DNA of 22,724 nucleotides from Bdellovibrionia bacterium (GTDB taxonomy: Bacteria > Bdellovibrionota > UBA1018): contig JBJMMA010000209.1 in NCBI GenBank assembly GCA_045805065.1, positions 1 through 22,724 on the forward strand. The letters are read 5' to 3'. Made by a program: the position numbers and the translations under genes. The notes beneath the pieces are model-generated. The model had not been told where the DNA came from. It made no database searches and was given only the letters and a program-made list of their open reading frames with translations. Below, one piece after another: positions 1-8,397 of this stretch (positions are counted from its first letter, which is position 1; the number at the start of each line of letters is the position of its first letter).

Positions 1-130
1 ACTCACTCAAAGCTGATGTATGGTCGATGGGCGGCTTTCGAAAACTCCAGTAGGCTTTGCTGACAATTCCGACGATCAACGAAGCAACAAACAAAACGAT
101 CCAGATAACTGGCATTCCAAAAATCAACAT
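1..130 (-). CDS. 5' part of a probable membrane/exported protein that runs off the left edge (MLIFGMPVIWIVLFVASLIVGIVSKAYWSFRKPPIDHTSALSE...)
   Basis: Hand translation of the minus strand from ATG at 130; frame open to the window edge; hydrophobic TM-like N-terminus; GAGG 4 nt upstream. Not in the ORF track. Confidence 0.6.
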   Translation of the reverse strand, partial: MLIFGMPVIWIVLFVASLIVGIVSKAYWSFRKPPIDHTSALSE

Positions 131-137
131 AGATCCT

Positions 138-251
138 CATAAGCGTAGCGGCGTGGCCGCCTCGACATAAGCGTAGCGGCGAGGCCGCTTCGACATAAGC
201 GTAGCGGCGTGGCCGCCTCGACATAAGCGTAGCGGCGTGGCCGCCTCGACA
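138..251. repeat. Four tandem copies of the 28-bp unit CATAAGCGTAGCGGCGTGGCCGCCTCGA
   Basis: Units at 138, 166, 194, 222; copy 2 has two substitutions; each has a GCGGC-N3-GCCGC palindrome; no spacers. Confidence 0.97.
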
Positions 252-362
252 ATAGCCATGTGCTGATGGCTGAACGAGTGTTCTTGTTCGCCAAAGGGCA
301 GACGAACACTCACCGTGGCTCACAAAGCTTGTGCGCCCTAGAAATGCATCTACAGCGTGCTT

Positions 363-770
363 TTAGACACGCGAGACGGTAATGGGCGGTCGAAGCAGCG
401 CGAATTGATCAATATGCCGATAATTCCAGACGTACCTGTGTTCCACACGATTTACACTCTGTGGAACGAAGTGAATAAAGCTTGAGGCAGGTCCTGAATA
501 ATGCCCCATGGAATAGACCACTGTAGCCTTGGTGCGTTTGGATGACTTTTCAGGGGATTGATCTGAGGAGATGCTCTTAACTACCAAATGATCGGACGAG
601 CTCGACGAAACGGTCAAATTTGCCGAATTTGCGGAACTTGCCGAATCCAGCACAACGACTAAAGGTGAGTCGCTTTGAGAAGCAGAAATACGAACGAAAG
701 AATTTGTACTATCGAACGAAAGTTCGACGATGAGGGAAATCAGGCAAAGAAGTGCGAAAAAAAGCCTCAT
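363..770 (-). CDS. Exported/membrane-targeted Ser-rich small protein with an LRPP motif near the C-terminus (possible regulatory leader ORF)
   Basis: MRLFFALLCLISLIV hydrophobic N-terminus, Ser-rich middle, ...FALLRPPITVSRV end; start ATG 770 (or GTG 776). Confidence 0.6.
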   Translation of the reverse strand: MRLFFALLCLISLIVELSFDSTNSFVRISASQSDSPLVVVLDSASSANSANLTVSSSSSDHLVVKSISSDQSPEKSSKRTKATVVYSMGHYSGPASSFIHFVPQSVNRVEHRYVWNYRHIDQFALLRPPITVSRV

Positions 771-866
771 TCTCACATCTTATTAATCCCATATTTCAAT
801 GAACTTGGCAACTTGAAGGCTTTAACGCAAGCTTGAGTCTCATAATCCATTTAGGGAGAGAGAAAT

Positions 867-1268
867 ATGTATCAAGTGCGATTAAGGCATGAGCAAGGAA
901 AGCTCAGGCAAGAGCTTACTATCGGCCGTCATCATCTGATTGCTGACGAACCCACCTCGATGGGCGGCGATGATGAAGGGCCGTCCCCGTTTGAGTATCT
1001 TGCCGCAGGCCTTGCCTCCTGTACCGCCATCACGCTCCGCATGTACGCGCAGAGAAAAAACTGGCCACTCGAAAATGTTGAAGTTCAGGTCACAGTCGAA
1101 CACGGCACGGAGGCGACTACCTTCTCACGGCAAATTGAACTCATTGGCCAGCTTCTTCCTGAGCAACGTGAGCGCCTGATCGATATTGCCGGCCGCTGCC
1201 CCGTTCACAAAGCTTTGACCGGCAAAATTGAAATTAACACCGCATTCATCACAAAGGCAGATCAATGA
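867..1268 (+). CDS. OsmC/YhfA family protein
   Basis: ADEP...GGDDEGPSPFEYLAAGLASC and CPVHKAL motifs with both conserved Cys; GGAG upstream. Confidence 0.92.
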   Translation: MYQVRLRHEQGKLRQELTIGRHHLIADEPTSMGGDDEGPSPFEYLAAGLASCTAITLRMYAQRKNWPLENVEVQVTVEHGTEATTFSRQIELIGQLLPEQRERLIDIAGRCPVHKALTGKIEINTAFITKADQ

Positions 1269-1807
1269 AAGTCCTGGCATTTGCTGCATCGCTGAGAAAA
1301 GACTCTTACAATCGCAAACTCATCGCACAGGCCGTTGAGATTCTTAAGGCCATGCCTGGCCTTGAAGTCGATCACGCTGACTATCGAGAGTTTGAAATGC
1401 CCATTTACGATGGCGATCTGGAAGACAGTTCAGGAATTCCCACGGGCGGTCAGGAGCTCATCAAAAGGGTTCAGGCTGCGGACGGCATCGTGATCTCGAC
1501 GCCCGAATACAATGGAAGCATTCCTGGCACTCTGAAAAACGCCATTGACTGGGCATCCAGAACGGACCCCATTCCCTTTGATGGGAAACCGGTACTACTG
1601 ATCGGCGCGTCTCCGGGCGGATTTGGCGCTGTTCGCGGACTTTGGCATACACGCGTGCCTTTTGAAGCGATGGGATCTTTTGTTTATCCGGAGATGTTTG
1701 GATTGCCTCGCGCACACCAGGCGTTTGATCCGAGCGGGAACTTCGTGGACGCTAAAAACAAGACCAGACTTCAGGAGCTGATCGAGTCGTTTCTGAAGAA
1801 GATCTGA
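1265..1807 (+). CDS. NADPH-dependent FMN reductase (ChrR/SsuE-like flavodoxin fold)
   Basis: SLRKDSYN, TPEYNGSIPGTLKNAIDW, GASPGGFGA motifs; ATGA overlap with upstream gene. Confidence 0.93.
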   Translation: MKVLAFAASLRKDSYNRKLIAQAVEILKAMPGLEVDHADYREFEMPIYDGDLEDSSGIPTGGQELIKRVQAADGIVISTPEYNGSIPGTLKNAIDWASRTDPIPFDGKPVLLIGASPGGFGAVRGLWHTRVPFEAMGSFVYPEMFGLPRAHQAFDPSGNFVDAKNKTRLQELIESFLKKI

Positions 1808-1813
1808 CCTTTG

Positions 1814-1861
1814 AAAATAAAAAAGGATCCACCCGGAAAGGATGGATCCTTCTTATTTTTT
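1814..1861. terminator. Bidirectional intrinsic terminator
   Basis: AAGGATCCA (1823-1831) / TGGATCCTT (1843-1851) stem flanked by A- and T-rich tracts, between convergent genes. Confidence 0.8.
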
Positions 1862-1879
1862 AAGAAGACTAAATCGCAA

Positions 1880-2242
1880 TTACCAGTTCTTCTTGTTTGC
1901 GAAAGTTTCCTTGAGGGTCTTAGGGAAAGACCAGCGTGGCTTCTTGGTAGCTGGACGTGCCTTGGTGACCATTGGTTCGCCAGTGAATGGGTTCGTGGTC
2001 TTCACGCCACCCTTCTTAGCAGCAACTTCCTTGCGGACGAGTGCGCCGATGACTGGGAAACGAATGCGCTCGCCAGAAGCAGCGCGCTTTGCAGCCGTGG
2101 TGAAAGCGTTCTCAATGAGACCCTTCACATCGGAGCGCTTCAACTTAATAGCGCCGTTGCGGCCGACTTGAGCGGTCTTCATGAGACCTTCGTGAATTTC
2201 GTTAATGATATTGAACTTAGCAGCAGTTTTTTTCTTGGCCAT
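1880..2242 (-). CDS. HU/IHF family DNA-binding protein (divergent, N-terminally extended)
   Basis: GERIRFPVIG and NPFTGEPM arm motif, Lys-rich; ATG 2242 preceded by GGAGG, so the start is revised from the track's 2305. Confidence 0.85.
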   Translation of the reverse strand: MAKKKTAAKFNIINEIHEGLMKTAQVGRNGAIKLKRSDVKGLIENAFTTAAKRAASGERIRFPVIGALVRKEVAAKKGGVKTTNPFTGEPMVTKARPATKKPRWSFPKTLKETFANKKNW

Positions 2243-2337
2243 AGGCCCTCCTAATATGCACGCAGTTTTGCAAGACAAGCGGCAATAAGCAAGTACGTAC
2301 TTCAAAAAATCTCGGTTTTTTGTGATAAAATCACTCT

Positions 2338-3018
2338 ATGTGCGGACGAGCCTATGAAACATACACGGATGAGGAACTCTTTCTTCGCTACATGAACAAG
2401 CAGCGCGTTAAGATTCCCTCTCTCAAACCCAACTACAATATTGCACCGACCCAAAATGTTCTGGTGCTCAGAAATGTCGATGGGGATAAGCAATTTGACT
2501 TGTTTCAGTGGGGTTTGATCCCGGTTTGGGAAAAAGAATTCAAGACCAAGCTCTCAACGATCAACGCCAAAGCTGAGACTGTTTTTGAAAGCAAGCTCTA
2601 TAAAGGACCCGTCACCAAACGCCGCTGCATCGTTCCCCTCTCGGGATTCATCGAATGGAAACGCGAAGGAGACACGAAACGCCCGTTTGCGATTCACTTG
2701 AAAGATGAACCGATCATGAGTGTGGCCGGCATCTGGGAAACTTGGAAATCAAGTGGGAAAGGCGAAGAATCCGAGCGCCACTCCTTTTCCATCATTACTA
2801 CCGCGGCCAATGAGTTCATGGAGAAAATCCACGATCGAATGCCGGTCATTCTCGCGCCAAAAGATGAAGACGCATACCTTGATGCTACGCAAAAACCCGA
2901 AGCCATCGCGAAACTACTAAAACCTTGTCCGAAAAGCTGGCTTGCGGCTTACGAGATCTCAACTCTCATCAACAGCCCCAGAAACAATCGGCCTGAGGTG
3001 CTTGAGCCAATCGCGTAA
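2338..3018 (+). CDS. SOS response-associated peptidase (SRAP/YedK/HMCES family, abasic-site processing)
   Basis: N-terminal MCGR, YNIAPTQ, WGLIP, INAKAET, RRCIVP, GFIEW, IHDRMPVIL motifs. Confidence 0.95.
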   Translation: MCGRAYETYTDEELFLRYMNKQRVKIPSLKPNYNIAPTQNVLVLRNVDGDKQFDLFQWGLIPVWEKEFKTKLSTINAKAETVFESKLYKGPVTKRRCIVPLSGFIEWKREGDTKRPFAIHLKDEPIMSVAGIWETWKSSGKGEESERHSFSIITTAANEFMEKIHDRMPVILAPKDEDAYLDATQKPEAIAKLLKPCPKSWLAAYEISTLINSPRNNRPEVLEPIA

Positions 3019-3092
3019 GCTTTTGCCGCATTGCCTGTTGCGACTTGGGACCTTGGATTGCAACCTCGAATTCGTCATCCAGAGGGCAAGCC

Positions 3093-3977
3093 ATGGCTCA
3101 AAGTGCTAGAAATCTGGCTATAATCACTTCCATCACTTTCATTGGGGCATCTTCCATGAATGCCCGGGCGCAACAACTCGTCCTTCCCGCTCCGCCTAAA
3201 CCACCCGTTCCGGGACTTGAAGAGCTTGCACGCAAAGCTCAAAATCCCCTCAGCGATCTGACAAGCGCATTGCTCGAAAACAACTTCGGCTTCGGTTTTG
3301 GTTTATCGAATGGGCTGCAGTACAACGCCAATCTGGAAGAAATCTATCCCGTGAGACTAGTGGACCAGCTCGGGCTGGTTCAGCGATTTATCGTGCCTTT
3401 CATTGCTCAACCTGAGACCGTACCCGGCCAGGGCAGCAATGGCGGATTGGGTGATATTCAATACCAAGCCTATTTCACGTCCGTAAATCAGACTGGTTTT
3501 ATTTTCGGGCTCGGCCCGATTGTGTCCATACCCTCTGCCTATCCTCATGAACTTGGCAGCGGCAAATGGAGCGCTGGCCCGACAGCATCCGCCGTTGCCG
3601 TTGTTGGAGATTGGGTGGCCGGAGTGCAGGTCAATCAATTGTGGTCCATCTCAAGCTACAATGACCGACCTTCCGTGAGCCAAATGCAGCTTCAGCCCTT
3701 CATCAATCTCAATCTTCAATCTCAATTTCTGGGCGCCTGGTACCTGACGAGCTCCCCGCTGATGACGGCAAACTGGAAAGCCGGAATCCATGATCGCTGG
3801 ACTGTGCCTTTAGGTGGCGGAGTCGGAAAAGTATTTCGAATCTCAAAACAAGCCGTCAAAACGGAACTCCAGGCGTTTGATGCTCTTATTTCACCTAACC
3901 AGGGGCCGGATTGGTCGATCCGCCTTCAATTTCAATTTCTGTTTCCATCGCAAAAAGAAAACAAGTCGTCGCTCTAA
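3093..3977 (+). CDS. Putative outer-membrane beta-barrel protein (family often mislabelled 'neuromedin U')
   Basis: Signal peptide ending ARA, LARKAQNPL, GGLGDI, LGSGKWSAGP, WTVPLGGGVGK, C-terminal alternating strand; start revised to ATG 3093 after GAGGG. Confidence 0.75.
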   Translation: MAQSARNLAIITSITFIGASSMNARAQQLVLPAPPKPPVPGLEELARKAQNPLSDLTSALLENNFGFGFGLSNGLQYNANLEEIYPVRLVDQLGLVQRFIVPFIAQPETVPGQGSNGGLGDIQYQAYFTSVNQTGFIFGLGPIVSIPSAYPHELGSGKWSAGPTASAVAVVGDWVAGVQVNQLWSISSYNDRPSVSQMQLQPFINLNLQSQFLGAWYLTSSPLMTANWKAGIHDRWTVPLGGGVGKVFRISKQAVKTELQAFDALISPNQGPDWSIRLQFQFLFPSQKENKSSL

Positions 3978-4068
3978 TGATTGTCAGCTGATCGATATCA
4001 TCCGACAGGCCCAAACTATGCACTTCGAATGAGTTGCGTCAAACTCAGTGCACAATGGGCATACATCT

Positions 4069-4575
4069 ATGCGGCTTAAACGGTTGCTCGATCTGAAAAT
4101 TCAATGGCGACTTCAACGTTACTCAAGACTGGGCCTGATTTTAATCATTTTCCAGGCCTGTGCCAGCTCCGATGTTCAGACGCAAAAGTCACCCAGCGCG
4201 GATCTTTGGACGTATCACACCTATGCATGGAGAGCCCAAGGATCAACTGCTGATCAAGTCGATGCCGCCGATCAAGCAAAAGAAAGGACCGATCTCGATC
4301 TTGCGAAGCATGGAATGATACCCGTGCCGTACGAAGGAAATCCAGACATCTGGATTCTCCAGCAAACAACCCCTTATGGCATTGCCATAGAATTGCGAGA
4401 CGCGCATACAGGCCAAACGCATTGGAAGGGCGAATCGCATTTTCAGTCAAGCAACGGAAAACCCAACCCGAACATGATCAATGCCGCGGTCGATGCACTT
4501 GTGGATCGATACATGTCCGATCGAGACTGGAAGAAATTCTCCGGGTGGGACAATAACGATATCAAAAAGGGATGA
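4069..4575 (+). CDS. Putative lipoprotein, DUF4136-like
   Basis: Hydrophobic stretch plus FQAC lipobox; YHTYAW and IELRDAHTGQTHWKG resemble DUF4136; start uncertain (4048-4069). Confidence 0.6.
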   Translation: MRLKRLLDLKIQWRLQRYSRLGLILIIFQACASSDVQTQKSPSADLWTYHTYAWRAQGSTADQVDAADQAKERTDLDLAKHGMIPVPYEGNPDIWILQQTTPYGIAIELRDAHTGQTHWKGESHFQSSNGKPNPNMINAAVDALVDRYMSDRDWKKFSGWDNNDIKKG

Positions 4576-4639
4576 GGCCGGAATAGCTCGCTTTGACTTG
4601 CCAAATCATGGGATCCAGAATAGGGTCGATTACGCCTTA

Positions 4640-6562
4640 ATGTCGAAGTATTTGGCCTCACTTTTTACAGCTGTCTTTTGTGTCTTTGCTCATGCGTGGG
4701 CTGCGCCTGCGCCTGCTCCAAGAGCTACACTCTCTTCTCCCGTCGAAATCACTTCCTCGTTCACGAGCTTAAAACTTGATCCCTACGTCGACGCCTGGGA
4801 CGAAGGCACGAATGGAAAGTCTCCACAGGATTTTCTTCATGCGAAACCTGAGCGAACCGGCGAGATTCGCTTTGGCTATGTCAAAAAGCCGGTGTGGCTG
4901 AGATTTGGCCTGAAGAATTCTGCTCCATCAGCTCGAGACCTTGTACTGACGATTGATCCTCCCTTGGTGGATGAGTTGACGCTGACCGAAATGACTTCCT
5001 CAGGACAAGTCATCCGAACGGTGAGCTTTGCCTATCGAAATCGTGTGGCAGCTGGGGCTCTTTTTCGGAGAAAACCCACCTTCATGATCACAGCGCTCCC
5101 TCAAGAGGAGACCTATGTGATTCTGAGACTGGACTCCACACACAGCCTGGATGTGCATCTCAGTCTGGCGACTCCCGCGGTCGAGAGCCAAACAGCAGTC
5201 AATGACAACCTTGCCATGGGTGCCTATTACGGGATCTGGTTCGTCATTCTCGTGCTGAACATCCTGGTCTACCTCGCGACATTGGATCGGCTTTATCTGA
5301 TTTACGCAGGCTTCTTGCTCATGCTGGGGATCCAGCTTCCTTGTCTGAATGGCTTTCTGGATTTCGCCTATGAAGGATCCTTTATCTTCTCCAGACACAT
5401 GGCCAGCTGGAGTGCCGCCGTCCTGATCCTTGCGCATCTGTTTACGAGAGACTTCCTGCAGACTCGCATTTATGTTCCTAAACTGGATCGAATTCACCTT
5501 TTGATCGTGCTGATTGCTGCAGTGATCGGCGTTCTTCACTTCACGCCGCTTTATCATGGCTATGCTGCAGAGTTTGGTCACGCGATTGATCTGACCATCA
5601 GCTTGTCCTTGCTATTGATCCTCACATCCACGTTGATCGTGTTCAAAAAAGGCTATCAACCCGCCAAGTTTTTTCTCATTGCCTGGGGAATGTTCCTTGG
5701 CATGATCGCGCTCTATTACTCGGCAACCTATGGACTGATTCGAGGAAGTTCATTCACACACTACGCTATTCAGATCGGATCATCGGTTGAGATGATTCTT
5801 CTGACCATCGCCCTTGGAAATCGTGTCTATCTTTTGAAGGAAGCAAAAAACGAGGCTGAAAAGAAAGCCCGTGAAACGGATAATCTTCGCTCATTGATCC
5901 ATGTGATCTGTCATGATCTCAGAAACCCGCTCACCGTCATCTCAGGCCTTGCACAATCCTACTCTCAACGCGGCCAAAAGGAATGGAATCCGATCATGCG
6001 CGCCGTTCAAATCCAGCAGGAGATCCTGGACTACGTGCGCCTCAAGGAAGCCATTCAGCTTGGAAAACATCGCCTTGAGATGGTTCCGGTCTCAATCTCG
6101 GAAGCTGCTGAAAATGCCCGCTTTGTCTTTGATCGCAGAATTCAGGAAAAGAAACTGCAATGGCATTGCGAGATCGAAGATGGATGCTCTGCTCTCGCGG
6201 ATCGAACCCTTCTCATTCATACCGTCATTGCAAACCTGGTTTCAAATGCCGTGAAGTTCACGCCTCCTGGCGGGCGAATTGACATTCAAGCTTATACTTT
6301 GGGCAAGAAAGTTCAGATTGAGGTTCGCGACAGCGGGATTGGCATTCCATCCCAGTTGTTGCCGCATCTCTTCTCCAGCAATGCCATCACCACCCGCCTT
6401 GGCACCGAGGGCGAGCGCGGCAACGGATTTGGAATGCCCTTAGTCAAGACCGTCGTCGAATCCTTTGGTGGAACTCTTACCGTGCAAAGCATCAGTGCTG
6501 AAGAAGCAGGAGATGGAGCAATCACCGGAACGCGGATGATTTTGTCTCTTAAACAAGCCTGA
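4640..6562 (+). CDS. Sensor histidine kinase with 7TM-DISM extracellular and 7TM domains
   Basis: Signal peptide, FGYVKKPVWLRF, seven hydrophobic segments, H-box HDLRNPL, NLVSNAVKFT, DSGIGI, GNGFGM; start revised to ATG 4640. Confidence 0.92.
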   Translation: MSKYLASLFTAVFCVFAHAWAAPAPAPRATLSSPVEITSSFTSLKLDPYVDAWDEGTNGKSPQDFLHAKPERTGEIRFGYVKKPVWLRFGLKNSAPSARDLVLTIDPPLVDELTLTEMTSSGQVIRTVSFAYRNRVAAGALFRRKPTFMITALPQEETYVILRLDSTHSLDVHLSLATPAVESQTAVNDNLAMGAYYGIWFVILVLNILVYLATLDRLYLIYAGFLLMLGIQLPCLNGFLDFAYEGSFIFSRHMASWSAAVLILAHLFTRDFLQTRIYVPKLDRIHLLIVLIAAVIGVLHFTPLYHGYAAEFGHAIDLTISLSLLLILTSTLIVFKKGYQPAKFFLIAWGMFLGMIALYYSATYGLIRGSSFTHYAIQIGSSVEMILLTIALGNRVYLLKEAKNEAEKKARETDNLRSLIHVICHDLRNPLTVISGLAQSYSQRGQKEWNPIMRAVQIQQEILDYVRLKEAIQLGKHRLEMVPVSISEAAENARFVFDRRIQEKKLQWHCEIEDGCSALADRTLLIHTVIANLVSNAVKFTPPGGRIDIQAYTLGKKVQIEVRDSGIGIPSQLLPHLFSSNAITTRLGTEGERGNGFGMPLVKTVVESFGGTLTVQSISAEEAGDGAITGTRMILSLKQA

Positions 6563-6612
6563 ATCGACTTTAGCACTTTTCAAAACCACACCCCGGACAT
6601 ACAACTTGAGGT

Positions 6613-7056
6613 ATGAAAAACGCGCTTCTCTCCTTTCTGGTAATGGCTGTTTTCGGGATTTCAACCGCTCATGCATCCATTCTGGGAGAATGGAACGGCT
6701 GGGGTGAATGGAAGTTTGATGGCAGCGGCATGGCCTGCCGGATGATTCATTTCAAGTTCAATGAAAACGCGAAGCAGCTGGTTCGCGCAGTCGGGAACTT
6801 CAGCTGCGATCAGGTCAATATGCAGGCGCCTCCTCTGACGTTGCAAAAGATTGGAAAGAACCTTGTTCTGGATCAGAAGATCGTCGGTGACTTCACTGAG
6901 AGCCGCTATCACTGGATTGAGCCATATAGCGCCACCGTGAACGTCGAAGTGTTCATCGAACGCTCCGCGCGCCACCTCGATTATCAGGAACACTGGATTA
7001 ATCTAAAGGGCGAGCTGATCTATGATATCAACGCTCGCCTCTTTCTTCACGAGTAA
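6613..7056 (+). CDS. Hypothetical secreted beta-rich protein
   Basis: Signal peptide ending AHA, Cys pair, GAGGT immediately upstream. Confidence 0.75.
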   Translation: MKNALLSFLVMAVFGISTAHASILGEWNGWGEWKFDGSGMACRMIHFKFNENAKQLVRAVGNFSCDQVNMQAPPLTLQKIGKNLVLDQKIVGDFTESRYHWIEPYSATVNVEVFIERSARHLDYQEHWINLKGELIYDINARLFLHE

Positions 7057-7072
7057 GATCAAAGAGTAATCG

Positions 7073-7672
7073 ATGACGTACTCACTTCGGATTCTCCTCG
7101 TTTGCGCGGTCTTGAGTTTGTCGACCTGGGCCTGTTCCACGGGTCAGAAGGCCAGCAATAGCCCGAACCAATCGGGGCGAAAAGTCGCTGTGACCGTGGA
7201 TGCTGTCAGCAAAGAGAACATCAAAGGAAAGACCTACTTTTTCCCTGATGAAGAAAGCGCCGACAACGCTGAAAGCATTCGCCAACTCCTGCTCGTCAAA
7301 AACGCGCTCAAGCTCGCGGGCCTCACCGAAGCAAACGCTGCTGACAAGGCAGATTACATCATGACTTTAGGCTTTGAGACCAAAAAGCCGGTCTTGGGCA
7401 TTTCGGTTGGCGCGTTGAATCCTTACACTCACTCAGTCTCTTTGACCGCCAAGCGGAACGACAAACTCGTTTGGCAGATCAAAGCATCGGGTCCAAGCGA
7501 ATTTGAGAGACAGAGCCGTTTTCTTGCCATGCTTTTAGGAGCCGCCGAAGAATACATCGGTGAAACGACCAATAGCCCGGTGCGAGTCAATATCTCAACC
7601 AACGACAGTCGCGTTGAAGAAGTCATCAACGGCGAGAGACAAACCGAATCAGACGACTCGACTCAAAAGTAA
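7073..7672 (+). CDS. Putative lipoprotein
   Basis: TWAC lipobox after a hydrophobic core; 199-aa ORF 16 bp after the previous gene. Confidence 0.75.
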   Translation: MTYSLRILLVCAVLSLSTWACSTGQKASNSPNQSGRKVAVTVDAVSKENIKGKTYFFPDEESADNAESIRQLLLVKNALKLAGLTEANAADKADYIMTLGFETKKPVLGISVGALNPYTHSVSLTAKRNDKLVWQIKASGPSEFERQSRFLAMLLGAAEEYIGETTNSPVRVNISTNDSRVEEVINGERQTESDDSTQK

Positions 7673-7689
7673 GCGCTTCCGGATCGCGC

Positions 7690-8301
7690 TTATTTGTACC
7701 ATCTTGAAGTCAGAGCGCGGATCTTTTGATCAGCCTCGATCAGGCGTCCATCAGCAAGACTAGGATCACGAAGCGAAGTGGCAATCACCTCGGCCTCATC
7801 AAAGCCCATGAAGGTGAAGTTAATCTTGGCGTTCAAGCTCAGCGTGTCCCAATTCGGGTACTGTAGATTCGCGATGTCGGGCGTATAGAGTCCGCCTGCA
7901 GTGTAAAGCGTCAGCGCCTTCTTCCCTGCCATCATTTTCTCGCCCATCTTAAAAGTTTCGCCATGTAACATGACGGCGTCAAAATAGGTTTTAACGACTC
8001 CTGGCATGCCAAAGTTGTGCATCGGATAAGCCATGACAACCACGTCAGCAGATTTGAGCTGCTTGGCCAGGCGATCATGCTCGAGCAAGCTTTGCTTTTC
8101 TTTCTCACTCAAACTCAGGCCAGCGTAGTTTCGCTTACCGTATGCCGCCATGCTTTCTTCAGTAAAAAACGGCAATGGCTCCTTCAGAAGATCGACCACT
8201 TCATAAGGGCGATCGCCCAGCTCCTTGATATAGAGGTCCAAAAGCTTCTTTGTGTTGGAGCGCTCACCGGACGGCAGATACTTTACAATCAGTGTTTTCA
8301 T
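7690..8301 (-). CDS. FMN-dependent NADH-azoreductase / Flavodoxin_2 family oxidoreductase
   Basis: ADVVVMAYPMHNFGMPGVVKTYFD, GETF, TAGGLY, FMGF motifs. Confidence 0.85.
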   Translation of the reverse strand: MKTLIVKYLPSGERSNTKKLLDLYIKELGDRPYEVVDLLKEPLPFFTEESMAAYGKRNYAGLSLSEKEKQSLLEHDRLAKQLKSADVVVMAYPMHNFGMPGVVKTYFDAVMLHGETFKMGEKMMAGKKALTLYTAGGLYTPDIANLQYPNWDTLSLNAKINFTFMGFDEAEVIATSLRDPSLADGRLIEADQKIRALTSRWYK

Positions 8302-8340
8302 ATCTCAGAGATTACCTCTGAAAAGCGTATCCGATAAGAC

Positions 8341-8364
8341 CGGATAATTCGGAAACATTATCCG
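8341..8364. promoter_or_regulatory. Probable LysR operator
   Basis: CGGATAAT-N8-ATTATCCG inverted repeat containing T-N11-A, between divergent azoreductase and LysR genes. Confidence 0.6.
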
Positions 8365-8397
8365 CTCAACCGTACAATCTCGTGGTATGATCTCAGT

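Noticed and set aside
138..251. CRISPR array
   Set aside because: The 28-bp units are contiguous with no unique spacers, and there are no cas genes in the window.
3..323. Track ORFs 3..323 and 124..309
   Set aside because: Products are translations of the tandem repeat in shifting frames; a better frame starts at 130.
805..821. GG-N10-GC sigma-54-like site upstream of the osmC-like gene (a similar one lies near 3046-3062)
   Set aside because: Only one half of the consensus matches in each case.
4481..4639. N-terminal extension of the kinase in the ORF track
   Set aside because: Overlaps the upstream lipoprotein; the signal peptide starts at ATG 4640.
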